From Methanopyrus kandleri AV19 (lineage in GTDB: Archaea > JAADCQ01 > Methanopyri > Methanopyrales > Methanopyraceae): DNA of 32,000 nucleotides. The notes under the pieces were generated by a model. It was not told the DNA's origin, did not search any database, and saw only the letters and a list, made by a program, of their open reading frames with translations. Each line of letters opens with the position of its first letter. Position 1 is the stretch's first letter. The stretch is from assembly GCF_000007185.1 (NCBI RefSeq), contig NC_003551.1, forward strand, positions 600,001 to 632,000. The letters run 5' to 3'. Position numbers and translations under genes: made by a program. This document shows, in pieces, positions 19,308 through 27,779 of this stretch.

Positions 19308-20057
19308 GTGCCCGAGAAAGCCGAACCGGCCGAGGGCTGGCCCGTGGTCGAGGGAGACTACGTCGTAGGTGATCCCGAGGCTCCCGTCCACGTGGTCACG
19401 CTCGGATCCCACATCGAGGAGGACATCCTGAAGGCCGCCGGTGAGGACAAGGTAGCCATCGCCGGCCCCTGTAAGACCGAGAACATCGGAATCGAGAAGG
19501 TCATAGCCAACGTCATCGCCAACCCGAACATCAGGTTCGGCGTGCTCTGCGGTGCGGAGGTAACCGGTCACCTCACGGGTCAGTGCTTCAAGGCCATGTA
19601 CGAGAACGGTGTCGATCCGGACTCCGGAGAGATCATCGGGGCGGAGGGCGCCATCCCGTACCTGGAGAACATCCCGGAAGAGGCCGTTGAGCGCTACCGG
19701 GACCAGATCGTGGAGCTCGTCGACCTCATCGACGTCGAGGACGTCGACGAGATCGTCAAGGCGATCGAGGAGTGCGTGGAGAAGGACCCCGGAGCGTACG
19801 AGGAAGGTCCGATGACCATCTCCCTCGAGGAGGAAGAAGAGGAGGAACTCGCGGAAGTCGCCGGAATGCCGGTGTCCGCGGAGACCGTGACCGTGGAGTA
19901 CCGCATTAACGACGTGCGAGTCGGAGTTAAGAGCATCGGCGCCATGCAGAGATACATGGCGGGCTACCTCTCAGGACGCACGATGGGATTGCTGATAGGG
20001 ATCATCTCAGGTATGATCTTCCTGTTCCTGCCAATGGTCGTCCTGGGTGGCGTCTGA
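19308..20057 (+). CDS. mtrA: Tetrahydromethanopterin S-methyltransferase subunit A (cobamide-binding)
   Basis: GWPVVEGDYVVGDPEAPVHVVTLGSH, GVLCGAEVTGHLTGQ (conserved His), C-terminal TM. Track start is GTG 19299; the GTG at 19308 has better spacing to AGGGGG. Confidence 0.93.
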   Translation: MPEKAEPAEGWPVVEGDYVVGDPEAPVHVVTLGSHIEEDILKAAGEDKVAIAGPCKTENIGIEKVIANVIANPNIRFGVLCGAEVTGHLTGQCFKAMYENGVDPDSGEIIGAEGAIPYLENIPEEAVERYRDQIVELVDLIDVEDVDEIVKAIEECVEKDPGAYEEGPMTISLEEEEEEELAEVAGMPVSAETVTVEYRINDVRVGVKSIGAMQRYMAGYLSGRTMGLLIGIISGMIFLFLPMVVLGGV

Positions 20058-20070
20058 GGGGGCAGTCACG

Positions 20071-20295
20071 TTGGCGGAAGAGGAGTCCGTTCCCAAGATG
20101 GTCGCTCCGGAAGACGACATCCGTGAAATCCACTCACGCTTGGACGAAATCGAGCGTCGCCTGGACTTCGTGTGGGGTGAAGTTTACCAGCGCTTCGGCA
20201 AGAGGATCGGTCGAGACATAGGGATCCTTTACGGTCTGGTGATCGGGCTGTACCTGTGTATGCTTTACATCCTGCTGGGAGTAGCGTTCAGGTGA
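20071..20295 (+). CDS. mtrG: Tetrahydromethanopterin S-methyltransferase subunit G
   Basis: TTG 20071 with GAGGGGG; LDEIERRLDFVWGEVYQRFGKRIGRDIGILYGLVIGLYLCMLYIL. Confidence 0.88.
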   Translation: MAEEESVPKMVAPEDDIREIHSRLDEIERRLDFVWGEVYQRFGKRIGRDIGILYGLVIGLYLCMLYILLGVAFR

Positions 20296-20317
20296 CAACC
20301 TTGGGGGTGTTGGACCG

Positions 20318-21286
20318 TTGTTCTACTACCCGGGTAAGGAGCAGAAGGTGTGCGACATCTGCGGTGTGAAGGTCGGTGGCCAGCCCGGTGAGTACCCGAC
20401 CGTGCTAGCCGGTACCATCTTCTATGCCGGACACAAGATCGTGAAGGACGAGGACAAGGGGATCTTCGACGAGGAGGCCGCCGAGGAGCTCATCAAGATG
20501 GAGGAGGAACTCGCCGACGAGACCGGTAACCCGATGATGGCCCACATCATGGGTGAGTCAGAAGAGGCCATCATCCGCTACCTCGACTGGGTAGCCGACG
20601 TTACCGACGCACCCATCATCGTGGACTCCACCGAAGCCGAGGTCAAGGTCGCGGCGGTAAAGCACGCTCAGGAGGTCGGCCTCGCCGAGCGGGTGGTCTA
20701 CAACTCGATCAACGCCTCCGTCGAGGACGAGGAGATCCAGGCCATCAAGGAGTCCGACTGCAACTCGGCGATCGTCCTGGCCTTCAACCCGATGGACGCT
20801 TCCGTCGAGGGCCGTATGAAAATCCTCACCGAGGGCGAGGAGGGAGTATCCGAGAAGGGCATGCTGGAGATCTCCGACGAGTGTGGCATCGAGAACCCGC
20901 TGATCGACACAGCCTACACGCCGTTCGGCTCCGGTGCGGGTACCGCTTACAAGGTGACGCTCGCGGTGAAGGCCAAGCTGGGCCTGCCGGTGGGCGGTGC
21001 GCCCCACAACGTGCCGTCCGCTTGGGACTGGCTACGTGACTTCATGAAGAAGCTCAAGGAGGAAGGCAAGGAAGAGTGGGCCGAGCTAGCCCACGAGTCC
21101 TCCGACTGGGGCTCCAACGTAGTGGCGGCGACGCTGTGCTGCGACTACCTGCTGTTCGGTCCGATCGAGAACGCGCCGGCGATCTGGCCGGTCGTCGCCA
21201 TGGTCGACGCGCTGATCGTCGAGGCCAACGAGGACGTCGGCGTCGAGCCGCAGGTGGAGGAGCACCCGGCCAACATCGTCCGCTAA
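20318..21286 (+). CDS. mtrH: Tetrahydromethanopterin S-methyltransferase subunit H
   Basis: 322 aa, TTG start; CDICGVKVGGQPGEYPTVLAGTIFYAGHKIV, MMAHIMGESEEAIIRYLDWV, NSINASVEDEEI. Confidence 0.96.
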   Translation: MFYYPGKEQKVCDICGVKVGGQPGEYPTVLAGTIFYAGHKIVKDEDKGIFDEEAAEELIKMEEELADETGNPMMAHIMGESEEAIIRYLDWVADVTDAPIIVDSTEAEVKVAAVKHAQEVGLAERVVYNSINASVEDEEIQAIKESDCNSAIVLAFNPMDASVEGRMKILTEGEEGVSEKGMLEISDECGIENPLIDTAYTPFGSGAGTAYKVTLAVKAKLGLPVGGAPHNVPSAWDWLRDFMKKLKEEGKEEWAELAHESSDWGSNVVAATLCCDYLLFGPIENAPAIWPVVAMVDALIVEANEDVGVEPQVEEHPANIVR

Positions 21287-22561
21287 CGCCACAGACCCCG
21301 TTTTTTTCGCTTCCAACAGTCTCTCCCGGGCGTACTCGACCGCGTACGGATTCTCGTCCGAGAACCTCGGACCGTACCGCTCCAGAACATCCTCGATTTT
21401 CTCGTAACACTCGCTCGGGACGCGACCCGTGGTCGCATCCCAGCCGAACAGATTTTCCACGCGCTTAAGCCACTCGCCCACGCCCTTGGCCCCGTGCTCC
21501 AGCATGGCCTCGATCCACTCGTCGTTCGCCAGCTTCTGCTCCACGAGCCGCACCAGCTCCTCCTCGATGGGTCTCGTGATCACCCTATGCGGGTCCGTCG
21601 TGTCGTGGTGGTAGCACTCCACACGCTCGCCCGAGTGGTGCTCGGCGGCCGCCACCATCCCCCCGTGGAACGCGAAATGGCAGCAGCAGCTCAGCACATC
21701 CCACTCGTGCGAGGACTGGTTGACGGAGACGGCCCTCACGGTCGAGAGCGCCCGTCGGAACTCGGAGAAGGCCTCCTCACCGTACACGTCACTGCCGTAG
21801 GCGTACCCACCCCACCGCACGTACACGTCCGCGAGATCGGATCTGTCGTCCCATGCGGAGGCGTGTACGGCGTAGTTCACCCCGGCCCCGTACGCTCCCG
21901 GTGGATCCCCGAAGATGCGATGGTCGAGGGCGTGCTTCCTGACGAAGTTCCACCCTTCCGGTTCGTCCAACTCCCTCACGGCCTCGAATACCTCGTCGAG
22001 GAACTTCACCAGGTTCGGGAACGCATCACGAAACATTCCGCTTATCCTCACCACCACGTCGATCCGGGGCCGTTCCAGCTCCTCCAACGGCACTACCTCG
22101 AAGCCGCTCACGATACCGGATTCGTCCCACTCGGGTCTCACGCCCAGGAGCCACATCACCTGGGATAGAACCTCTCCGCCGGTTCGCATCACGTCCGACG
22201 CCCACAGCACGATACCGACGGACTCCGGGTAGCGTCCGTGCTCCTCCAGGTACCTCTCGATGGTGTTCTCGGCCAACTTCTTCCCGACCTTCCATGCCCT
22301 GCGGGTCGGGACCTTCCGCGGGTCTACGGAGTAGAAGTTCTTCCCCGTGGGAAGGACGTCGACGTCCCCACGGGTCGGGTTACCGGCCGGTCCAGGCTCG
22401 ACGTAGCATCCGTCCAGGGCCTCCAGCGTACGGTCGATCTCCCGTTCGCACGCGAGTAACCGACTCAACACACTCCGCACGAACTCCTTCGCCTCGTCGG
22501 GGACGTGTTTCCGGAGCTCCTCTTCGAGCTCCAACCTCGGCACCCCGGGCGTTGGTAGCAC
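21283..22561 (-). CDS. C-terminal half of a CobN/BchH-family metallochelatase large subunit, with an apparent 1-nt frameshift in A7 at its extreme 3' end
   Basis: GTG start; VGIVLWASDVMRTGGEVLSQVMWLLGVRP, VVVRISGMFRDAFPNLVKFLDE, NQSSHEWDVLSCCCHFAFHGGM, YGPRFSDENPYAVEYARERLLEAKK. As printed, the literal ORF runs to 21086; with A6 it would end ...LLEAKKRGLWR* at 21283. Confidence 0.88.
21301..21307 (+). terminator. T7 tract immediately after mtrH, candidate terminator of the mtr cluster
   Basis: CCCCGTTTTTTTCGC, 15 nt after the mtrH stop. Confidence 0.45.
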
Positions 22562-22606
22562 GAAAGCGATTCAAGGTAATACAGAATAAGTGTTCGGGGA
22601 TCACCG

Positions 22607-24328
22607 TTGCGAGTCCTGTGCGTATGCTCCGGCACGATGTTGAAAGCCGCCCGAGACGTCGCGGAGCGGTTCTCCGAGCTGAAAATCGACGTAGCTTACC
22701 AGGACGATCCGATCGACCCGAATCGGTACGACCTCATCGTGCTACTGAAGGTAACGAACGTGAACCTTCCGACGGATCACGACGCCGAGGTCGTCGCCGT
22801 GCCCCTCGACGGTTCCACCGGGATACAGCATCTGAACACTGCCCCGTCGAGCGTCGTCGAGCGGGCCGCGGAGTACCTGGAGAAGGGCGGGAAGGAAAAC
22901 CTCGAGAATGAGCGCGGGTTCGAGTCGTTCGAGAAGCTCGGTGTACCCGTCCTGAACGCCGTGGTGTCGTGGTACACCGACCGGGACGGGTGGCGGGAGT
23001 CCGAGGGAGGGCTCTCACCGGCCGACGTGGCGTACGGAATATCCCTGGCGGAGCTCCAGGGTAGGATCGATCCGGTGCTGGTCGGGACCAAGCGCGATCG
23101 TGGAGAGTTCGAGCCCTTACCCGAGCGGTGCCGGCTCGCCGCACGACGTGCCATCCGGTGGGCTCGACTCAGGCGCAAGGACCCCGCCGAGCGTCGCGTC
23201 GCCGTGGTGCTCAACAACGGGATATGCTCCGGAGGGGAGGCGAGGATCGGTGCTGCTATGGGACTGGACACGTTCGAGAGTCTCGCTCGACTGCTGCAGC
23301 ACATGGCCGAGGAGGGGTACCGGCTCGACTGGGTACCCAGGGACGGTCGGGAGCTGGAGCGCGAGTTCTTCCGGAGGAAGGCCTTCGACGAGTTCAAGCG
23401 CACGCGCGTGGAGGATATCGTCGCGTCCGGTGGGGCCGTGGACCTCGTTCCCCTCGATAGGTACCTCGAGTGGTTCGAGGAGCTCCCGGAGGAGCTCCAG
23501 GAGCGTATGGTCGAGACCTGGGGTGAACCTCCGGGCGACTCCATGGTGCTCGACGACCACCTAGTCATCGCCGGGATCCGAACGGGGAACGTGTTCCTGA
23601 CCGTTCAGCCGAAGCGCGGCTGCGCCGGTACCGAGTGCAACGGGGACGTCTGCAAGATCCTTCACGATCCACACTGCCCGCCGACGCACCATTACTACGC
23701 GTTCTACCGGTGGATCAGGGACGAGTTCCGGGCCGACGTGTTACTCCACGCCGGCACCCACGGGACCCTCGAGTGGTTGCCGGGGAAGTCCGTGGGACTG
23801 TCCCGAGAGTGTTGGCCCGAGGTGTGCTTGGGCGACCTGCCGGTAGTGTACTGGTACATCGTGAGCAATCCCTCGGAGGGAGTCCAGGCCAAACGCCGCG
23901 GGTACTCGACGCTAGTGGATCACTGCCCGCCCCCGATGGGGACTACCGAGGCCGGCCTAGAGGAGCTCGAGGAGCGGCTCGAAGAGGCGCTGCGCGACCC
24001 GGATCGCGAGGACCGGCGGCTCTTCGAGGAATGGGAGGTCCGCTCGGGGGCCTTCATCGAAAAGGGCTTACACGTGATCGGCGAACCCGCGTACGACCCG
24101 GAGCGTCTCTCGGAGTTCCTGTTCGCTCTCTGTAGGAACCGACTCCGAGAGCTGATCGCGGAGTCGGCTGGGCTGGATCTGGAGGAGCTGACCGAGCGTC
24201 CCGAGGCGGAGAACGACCTGTTCGGCGCCACGAACGCCGAGGTGCTGAGAGCCCTCGATGCGGTGATCCGAGGACTGTGTGAGGAGACCGTCTCGGAGGC
24301 ACACCACGGACCCGACCGAAAAGGATAA
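22607..24328 (+). CDS. N-terminal half of a CobN/BchH-family metallochelatase large subunit
   Basis: TTG start; PVLNAVVSWY, NNGICSGGEARIGAAMGLDTFESLARLLQHMAEEGY, IRTGNVFLTVQPKRG, HHYYAFYRWIRDEFRADVLLHAGTHGTLEWLPGKSVGLS, IVSNPSEGVQAKRRGYSTLVDHCPPPM. Confidence 0.9.
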   Translation: MRVLCVCSGTMLKAARDVAERFSELKIDVAYQDDPIDPNRYDLIVLLKVTNVNLPTDHDAEVVAVPLDGSTGIQHLNTAPSSVVERAAEYLEKGGKENLENERGFESFEKLGVPVLNAVVSWYTDRDGWRESEGGLSPADVAYGISLAELQGRIDPVLVGTKRDRGEFEPLPERCRLAARRAIRWARLRRKDPAERRVAVVLNNGICSGGEARIGAAMGLDTFESLARLLQHMAEEGYRLDWVPRDGRELEREFFRRKAFDEFKRTRVEDIVASGGAVDLVPLDRYLEWFEELPEELQERMVETWGEPPGDSMVLDDHLVIAGIRTGNVFLTVQPKRGCAGTECNGDVCKILHDPHCPPTHHYYAFYRWIRDEFRADVLLHAGTHGTLEWLPGKSVGLSRECWPEVCLGDLPVVYWYIVSNPSEGVQAKRRGYSTLVDHCPPPMGTTEAGLEELEERLEEALRDPDREDRRLFEEWEVRSGAFIEKGLHVIGEPAYDPERLSEFLFALCRNRLRELIAESAGLDLEELTERPEAENDLFGATNAEVLRALDAVIRGLCEETVSEAHHGPDRKG

Positions 24329-24363
24329 CCTCCCCGGATCTCGGGACCCGCACGGGCTAACCT

Positions 24364-25800
24364 ATGGGATTATTCTCCAAGCTCTTCCGTCGCGGACCGA
24401 AGCCTCAAATCGCGGAGAGCGAGCGGGTCACGGGCCCCCTAGCCGTCAGCCGGGACTACTACATCGTGGCCTCCGTCGAGCTGGGTAACACGACCACTAA
24501 ATGCATCCTCACAGCTACCGACCTGAAGGAAGGCGTCACGTACCTTATTCACAAGGAGGTACGAATGACCAGGGACGTGCGCCCACCGCGGTCCGGAGAG
24601 GAGGTGTTCGGAAAGACCGTGTGGGGTGTCGAGCTCACGCGGGATTCCGTGGCCGAGATGGTGGCGGACACGCTCAAGTCGGCCGTCAAGAACGCCAACA
24701 TCAAGATCGACGACGTCCACTTCGTCGTGCGCTCCACCGGTGTGACCGCCGGGTTCGCGTCCCCGGAAGAAGTCGGCGAGATGATCAAGGCGCTCGCGGA
24801 CGGATGCCTGAAGGCCGGAGTGCCTCCCAATAGGATGACGGCGGCTATGAGCAAAGAGCAGATCCCGGAGCCCTTCAGGGAGCACTCCCTCATCGACAAG
24901 GTGTATTTCGACGGTGCCGTCACCGGCGTGAAGCCGCCGGCCGGGAAGGAGGTCGTGGCCAACGAGATGGAAGGAGAGCTGGTGATGGCCGGCATCAAGG
25001 TCGGCGCCAAGTCCACGAAGGTGGACTTCCGTAACCCCTGCATGGCCATAGACTACGGGACCACCCTCGCGGGCAGGATCACCAACGACGAGCTCCCCTA
25101 CGCGGATACGATCGGGAACCTTTGCGGTCTCGCCGGTGCGATCATGGACGCGATCGCCAGGGGATGCGGGGAGATCGACGAGGAGATCGGCTGCGCCTTG
25201 GACCTACCCTCCGACGTCGAGCCCGACGTAGGGGAGAAGGCCCGCGAGCTGGCGGAGGAGGCGCACGAGTACATCGACATCCGTGAGATACCCGCTAACC
25301 GAGAGCGCTTCGGTACGGTTCCGGTGAATCCCAAGGCCGCGAAGAAGGCGGGTCTCAAGCTCCTCGGCTGCGACGTCGGTGAGAACGGCAGTGATCTATC
25401 CCGACTCACCGAGATCGGCCGTGAGGCGTACGAAGAGGGAGGTTACGAGCTACTCTTCGGAGTCCTGGACTGGACCGCGACGCTGATCGCCAAACGTCTG
25501 ATCGAGACGGCCCTCGACCTGGATCTGATCGACGAGAACACCGCGATCGGGATCACCGGACGTGCCGGCACGACGGGCAAGAAGCCGGAGCTGATCTGTC
25601 GGATGATCGCGGAAGAGTTCGGAGACTACTGGGACCCGGAGGAAGACCTCGTCTTCGTCGACGACGGACTCGCCCGAGGCGCCGCTACGATGGCCCGATG
25701 CATGAACTGCCTCGGGACCCCGGAGAACCCGCTGGGAGGGAACCGTGGCGGGGGTTGTATCCTCGGTCTCAGGATCAAACACCAACAGGAGGGTTCCTGA
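24364..25800 (+). CDS. Putative methanogenesis marker protein 14 (actin/Hsp70-like ATPase-related)
   Basis: 478 aa; ASVELGNTTTKCILTATDL, HFVVRSTGVTAGFASPEEVGEMI, CMAIDYGTTLAGRI, GNLCGLAGAIMDAIARGCGEIDEE. Confidence 0.75.
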   Translation: MGLFSKLFRRGPKPQIAESERVTGPLAVSRDYYIVASVELGNTTTKCILTATDLKEGVTYLIHKEVRMTRDVRPPRSGEEVFGKTVWGVELTRDSVAEMVADTLKSAVKNANIKIDDVHFVVRSTGVTAGFASPEEVGEMIKALADGCLKAGVPPNRMTAAMSKEQIPEPFREHSLIDKVYFDGAVTGVKPPAGKEVVANEMEGELVMAGIKVGAKSTKVDFRNPCMAIDYGTTLAGRITNDELPYADTIGNLCGLAGAIMDAIARGCGEIDEEIGCALDLPSDVEPDVGEKARELAEEAHEYIDIREIPANRERFGTVPVNPKAAKKAGLKLLGCDVGENGSDLSRLTEIGREAYEEGGYELLFGVLDWTATLIAKRLIETALDLDLIDENTAIGITGRAGTTGKKPELICRMIAEEFGDYWDPEEDLVFVDDGLARGAATMARCMNCLGTPENPLGGNRGGGCILGLRIKHQQEGS

Positions 25801-25846
25801 CGTACCGCCCTCCGGCTTCCAGGAAGTACTCGAGAGCCTGGAGTCG

Positions 25847-26347
25847 GTGGAAACGTGTCGAGACCTCGCCTACTTATGCCGCGAGGTCGCCCGCCGTGCC
25901 GATCCCAGGGTCCTAGCCTTGCTCCGCAGGGACGCGTGGCGGCAGGCCCGGTTCGTCCACCCCAGGAGCTACCGTGAGAAGATCCTACGTTCCCTGTTCT
26001 TCGCACTGACCGCGAGGATCAACCAGATGCGGCGACTGGACCCCGAGGAATACCCGGAGGACCCCATCGAGGGTTACGATAGGTTCTTGGAGATCGTACG
26101 CGAGTACGCCGAGGACCCGGACTACGACTCCCCACTACTCCTCCTGTACGAGTCCCTCTCGGCCGCCTACGCCATCTTCCTACGCGGTGAGCCGGTTCAC
26201 CCGCCCGGTACGGAGTTCCCCGGAGTAGGGAAGGTCCGTCGGACGGACGACTGTTACTACTGCCCGATCAAGGAGCGACGTGAGGATCAGCCGGGGTCGT
26301 TCTGCACCTTATGTCCGGCGGAACAGGATCCGGAGGTGGTATCGTGA
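25847..26347 (+). CDS. DUF2115/UPF0305-like protein; start uncertain
   Basis: PVHPPGTEFPGVGKVRRTDDCYYCPIKERREDQPGSFCTLCPAEQD cysteine motif. Good coding signal extends upstream to at least ~25790 without a canonical start outside the mmp14-like gene; GTG 25847 and the track start 25745 are both possible. Confidence 0.6.
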   Translation: METCRDLAYLCREVARRADPRVLALLRRDAWRQARFVHPRSYREKILRSLFFALTARINQMRRLDPEEYPEDPIEGYDRFLEIVREYAEDPDYDSPLLLLYESLSAAYAIFLRGEPVHPPGTEFPGVGKVRRTDDCYYCPIKERREDQPGSFCTLCPAEQDPEVVS

Positions 26348-27258
26348 GGCCTGTGGTGACGGTCGTGGGCAGTCACCCGGTCGGTCACGAGCCCACGCTC
26401 AAGGATCGCCTCCTCGAGAAACTCAGGAGGAGGTCCGCCTACGCTCCCGCCATACATGAGGCCGTCCGCGACCAGACGGAGGCGGGTGTGGAGCTGGTCT
26501 CCGACGGCCAGGTTCGGGGGGACATGATCGAGATCTTCGCCTCTCACATCCCCGGGATGACCGTCGAGGACGGCCCCGCGGTGATAGGTCGGGTGGAGCC
26601 CCCCAGGTTCTCGCCCCTAGTGCTCGATTACCGCGAGGCTACTCGGGTCGCGGGGGAGGTCGAAGTCAAGGCGATCCTCACCGGCCCGGTCACGCTGTGT
26701 TATTCCCTCGAGGTGCGCACGGATCTTTACCCCTCCAACGACCATTCCAGCCTCTTGAAGGACGTGGCGCGAGCCCTGTCGGCGGAGGCCCGGCTACTCC
26801 GGCGCGAAGGGGCGAGCGTACTGCAGGTGGACGAGCCGATACTGTCGGCCGGTGTGACCTCCGTTAAGAAGGTGGCTCGATACGTGAACACCGTCCTGAA
26901 GGCGTTCAAGGGCGGTACCAGGGTCCTACACGTCTGCGGAGACGTCACCGAGGTGTACCTCGATCTGGAGGAGAACATCGACGCCGACGTGTTCGACCAC
27001 GAGTTCGCCGGTCACCCGGAGAACCTCGAGGTCGTCGCCGAAGGAGATAGCCCGATCGGCGTCGGAGTGGTGCGCTCCGATACCGACCGCGTCGAGAGTT
27101 TGGACGAGGTGGTAGGACTGCTGGAGAAGGCGCGGGAGGCGATGGGAGACCGTATCGAGTTCGTGGACCCCGACTGCGGTCTCCGGAAGCTACCCCGTGA
27201 GATCGCCAAGAAGAAGCTCGAGGTGGTCCGGAAGGCCAGGGACCGCGTGTTTCGTTAA
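26344..27258 (+). CDS. Core MetE-type (folate-independent) methionine synthase
   Basis: GTG 26344 overlapping the previous stop (GTGA); TVVGSHPVGHEP, DGQVRGDMIEIF, ILTGPVTLCYS, GASVLQVDEPILS, LHVCGDVTEVY, DVFDHEFAG, FVDPDCGLRKLPREIAKKKLEVVRKA. Confidence 0.9.
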   Translation: MRPVVTVVGSHPVGHEPTLKDRLLEKLRRRSAYAPAIHEAVRDQTEAGVELVSDGQVRGDMIEIFASHIPGMTVEDGPAVIGRVEPPRFSPLVLDYREATRVAGEVEVKAILTGPVTLCYSLEVRTDLYPSNDHSSLLKDVARALSAEARLLRREGASVLQVDEPILSAGVTSVKKVARYVNTVLKAFKGGTRVLHVCGDVTEVYLDLEENIDADVFDHEFAGHPENLEVVAEGDSPIGVGVVRSDTDRVESLDEVVGLLEKAREAMGDRIEFVDPDCGLRKLPREIAKKKLEVVRKARDRVFR

Positions 27259-27286
27259 GTCTTGTGAGGCTACGGCGACGAAAGAC

Positions 27287-27301
27287 AATATTAATAATAT
27301 T
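27287..27301. promoter_or_regulatory. Palindromic AT element AATATTA-A-TAATATT upstream of the 27325 gene (TATA/operator candidate)
   Basis: Perfect 7-bp arms, 24 nt before the GTG start. Confidence 0.45.
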
Positions 27302-27324
27302 CGACCTTATGATGGTAATACGAG

Positions 27325-27728
27325 GTGCTAACGGTGACGGACATTGTTGAGAAAATAGCCGAAATCCTGGAGCGTGGTGACGGTAGGTATCTGATCATGG
27401 GGATGGTCCAGGCTCACGGGTTAGGTCTGCGCTCCCTGGCCGACTCGGTAGACGTCCCGGTCGAGGTGCTGGCCACGATCGAGATCGAGGGGTTCGGGAA
27501 GGTCCCCCACAAATCGCTCGTCCGCAAGCTCGCGGAGTGGATCGAAGAAAGGGATCTGGACCCGGAGGATCTCGTCAAGGCCGGTTGGGCCCGCTTCGAG
27601 CTCGAGTACTTCGAGCCGGAGCTCTGGAGAAGATAGAAGACGACGAACTCCGAGCGGAAATCGAGCGTAAATCCCCCACGGAACTGGATCTGATCACCCT
27701 CCTTCGGGTCGCAGAAGCCCTTTCGTAA
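27325..27728 (+). CDS. Small acidic uncharacterised protein, apparently split by a frameshift near 27610-27640
   Basis: Frame 1 gives MLTVTDIVEKIAEILERGDG...RFELEYFEPELWRR* ending 27636; adjacent frame continues LEKIEDDELRAEIERKSPTELDLITLLRVAEALS* ending 27728. Confidence 0.55.
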
Positions 27729-27779
27729 CCCCCTCAGACCGTATGCCCCTCTTCACACTCTCCGCCACTTTACGGTTCC

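Noticed and set aside
22777-23568. 263-aa Ser-rich minus-strand ORF
   Set aside because: Antisense to the CobN N-terminal half whose plus-strand translation has clear family motifs.
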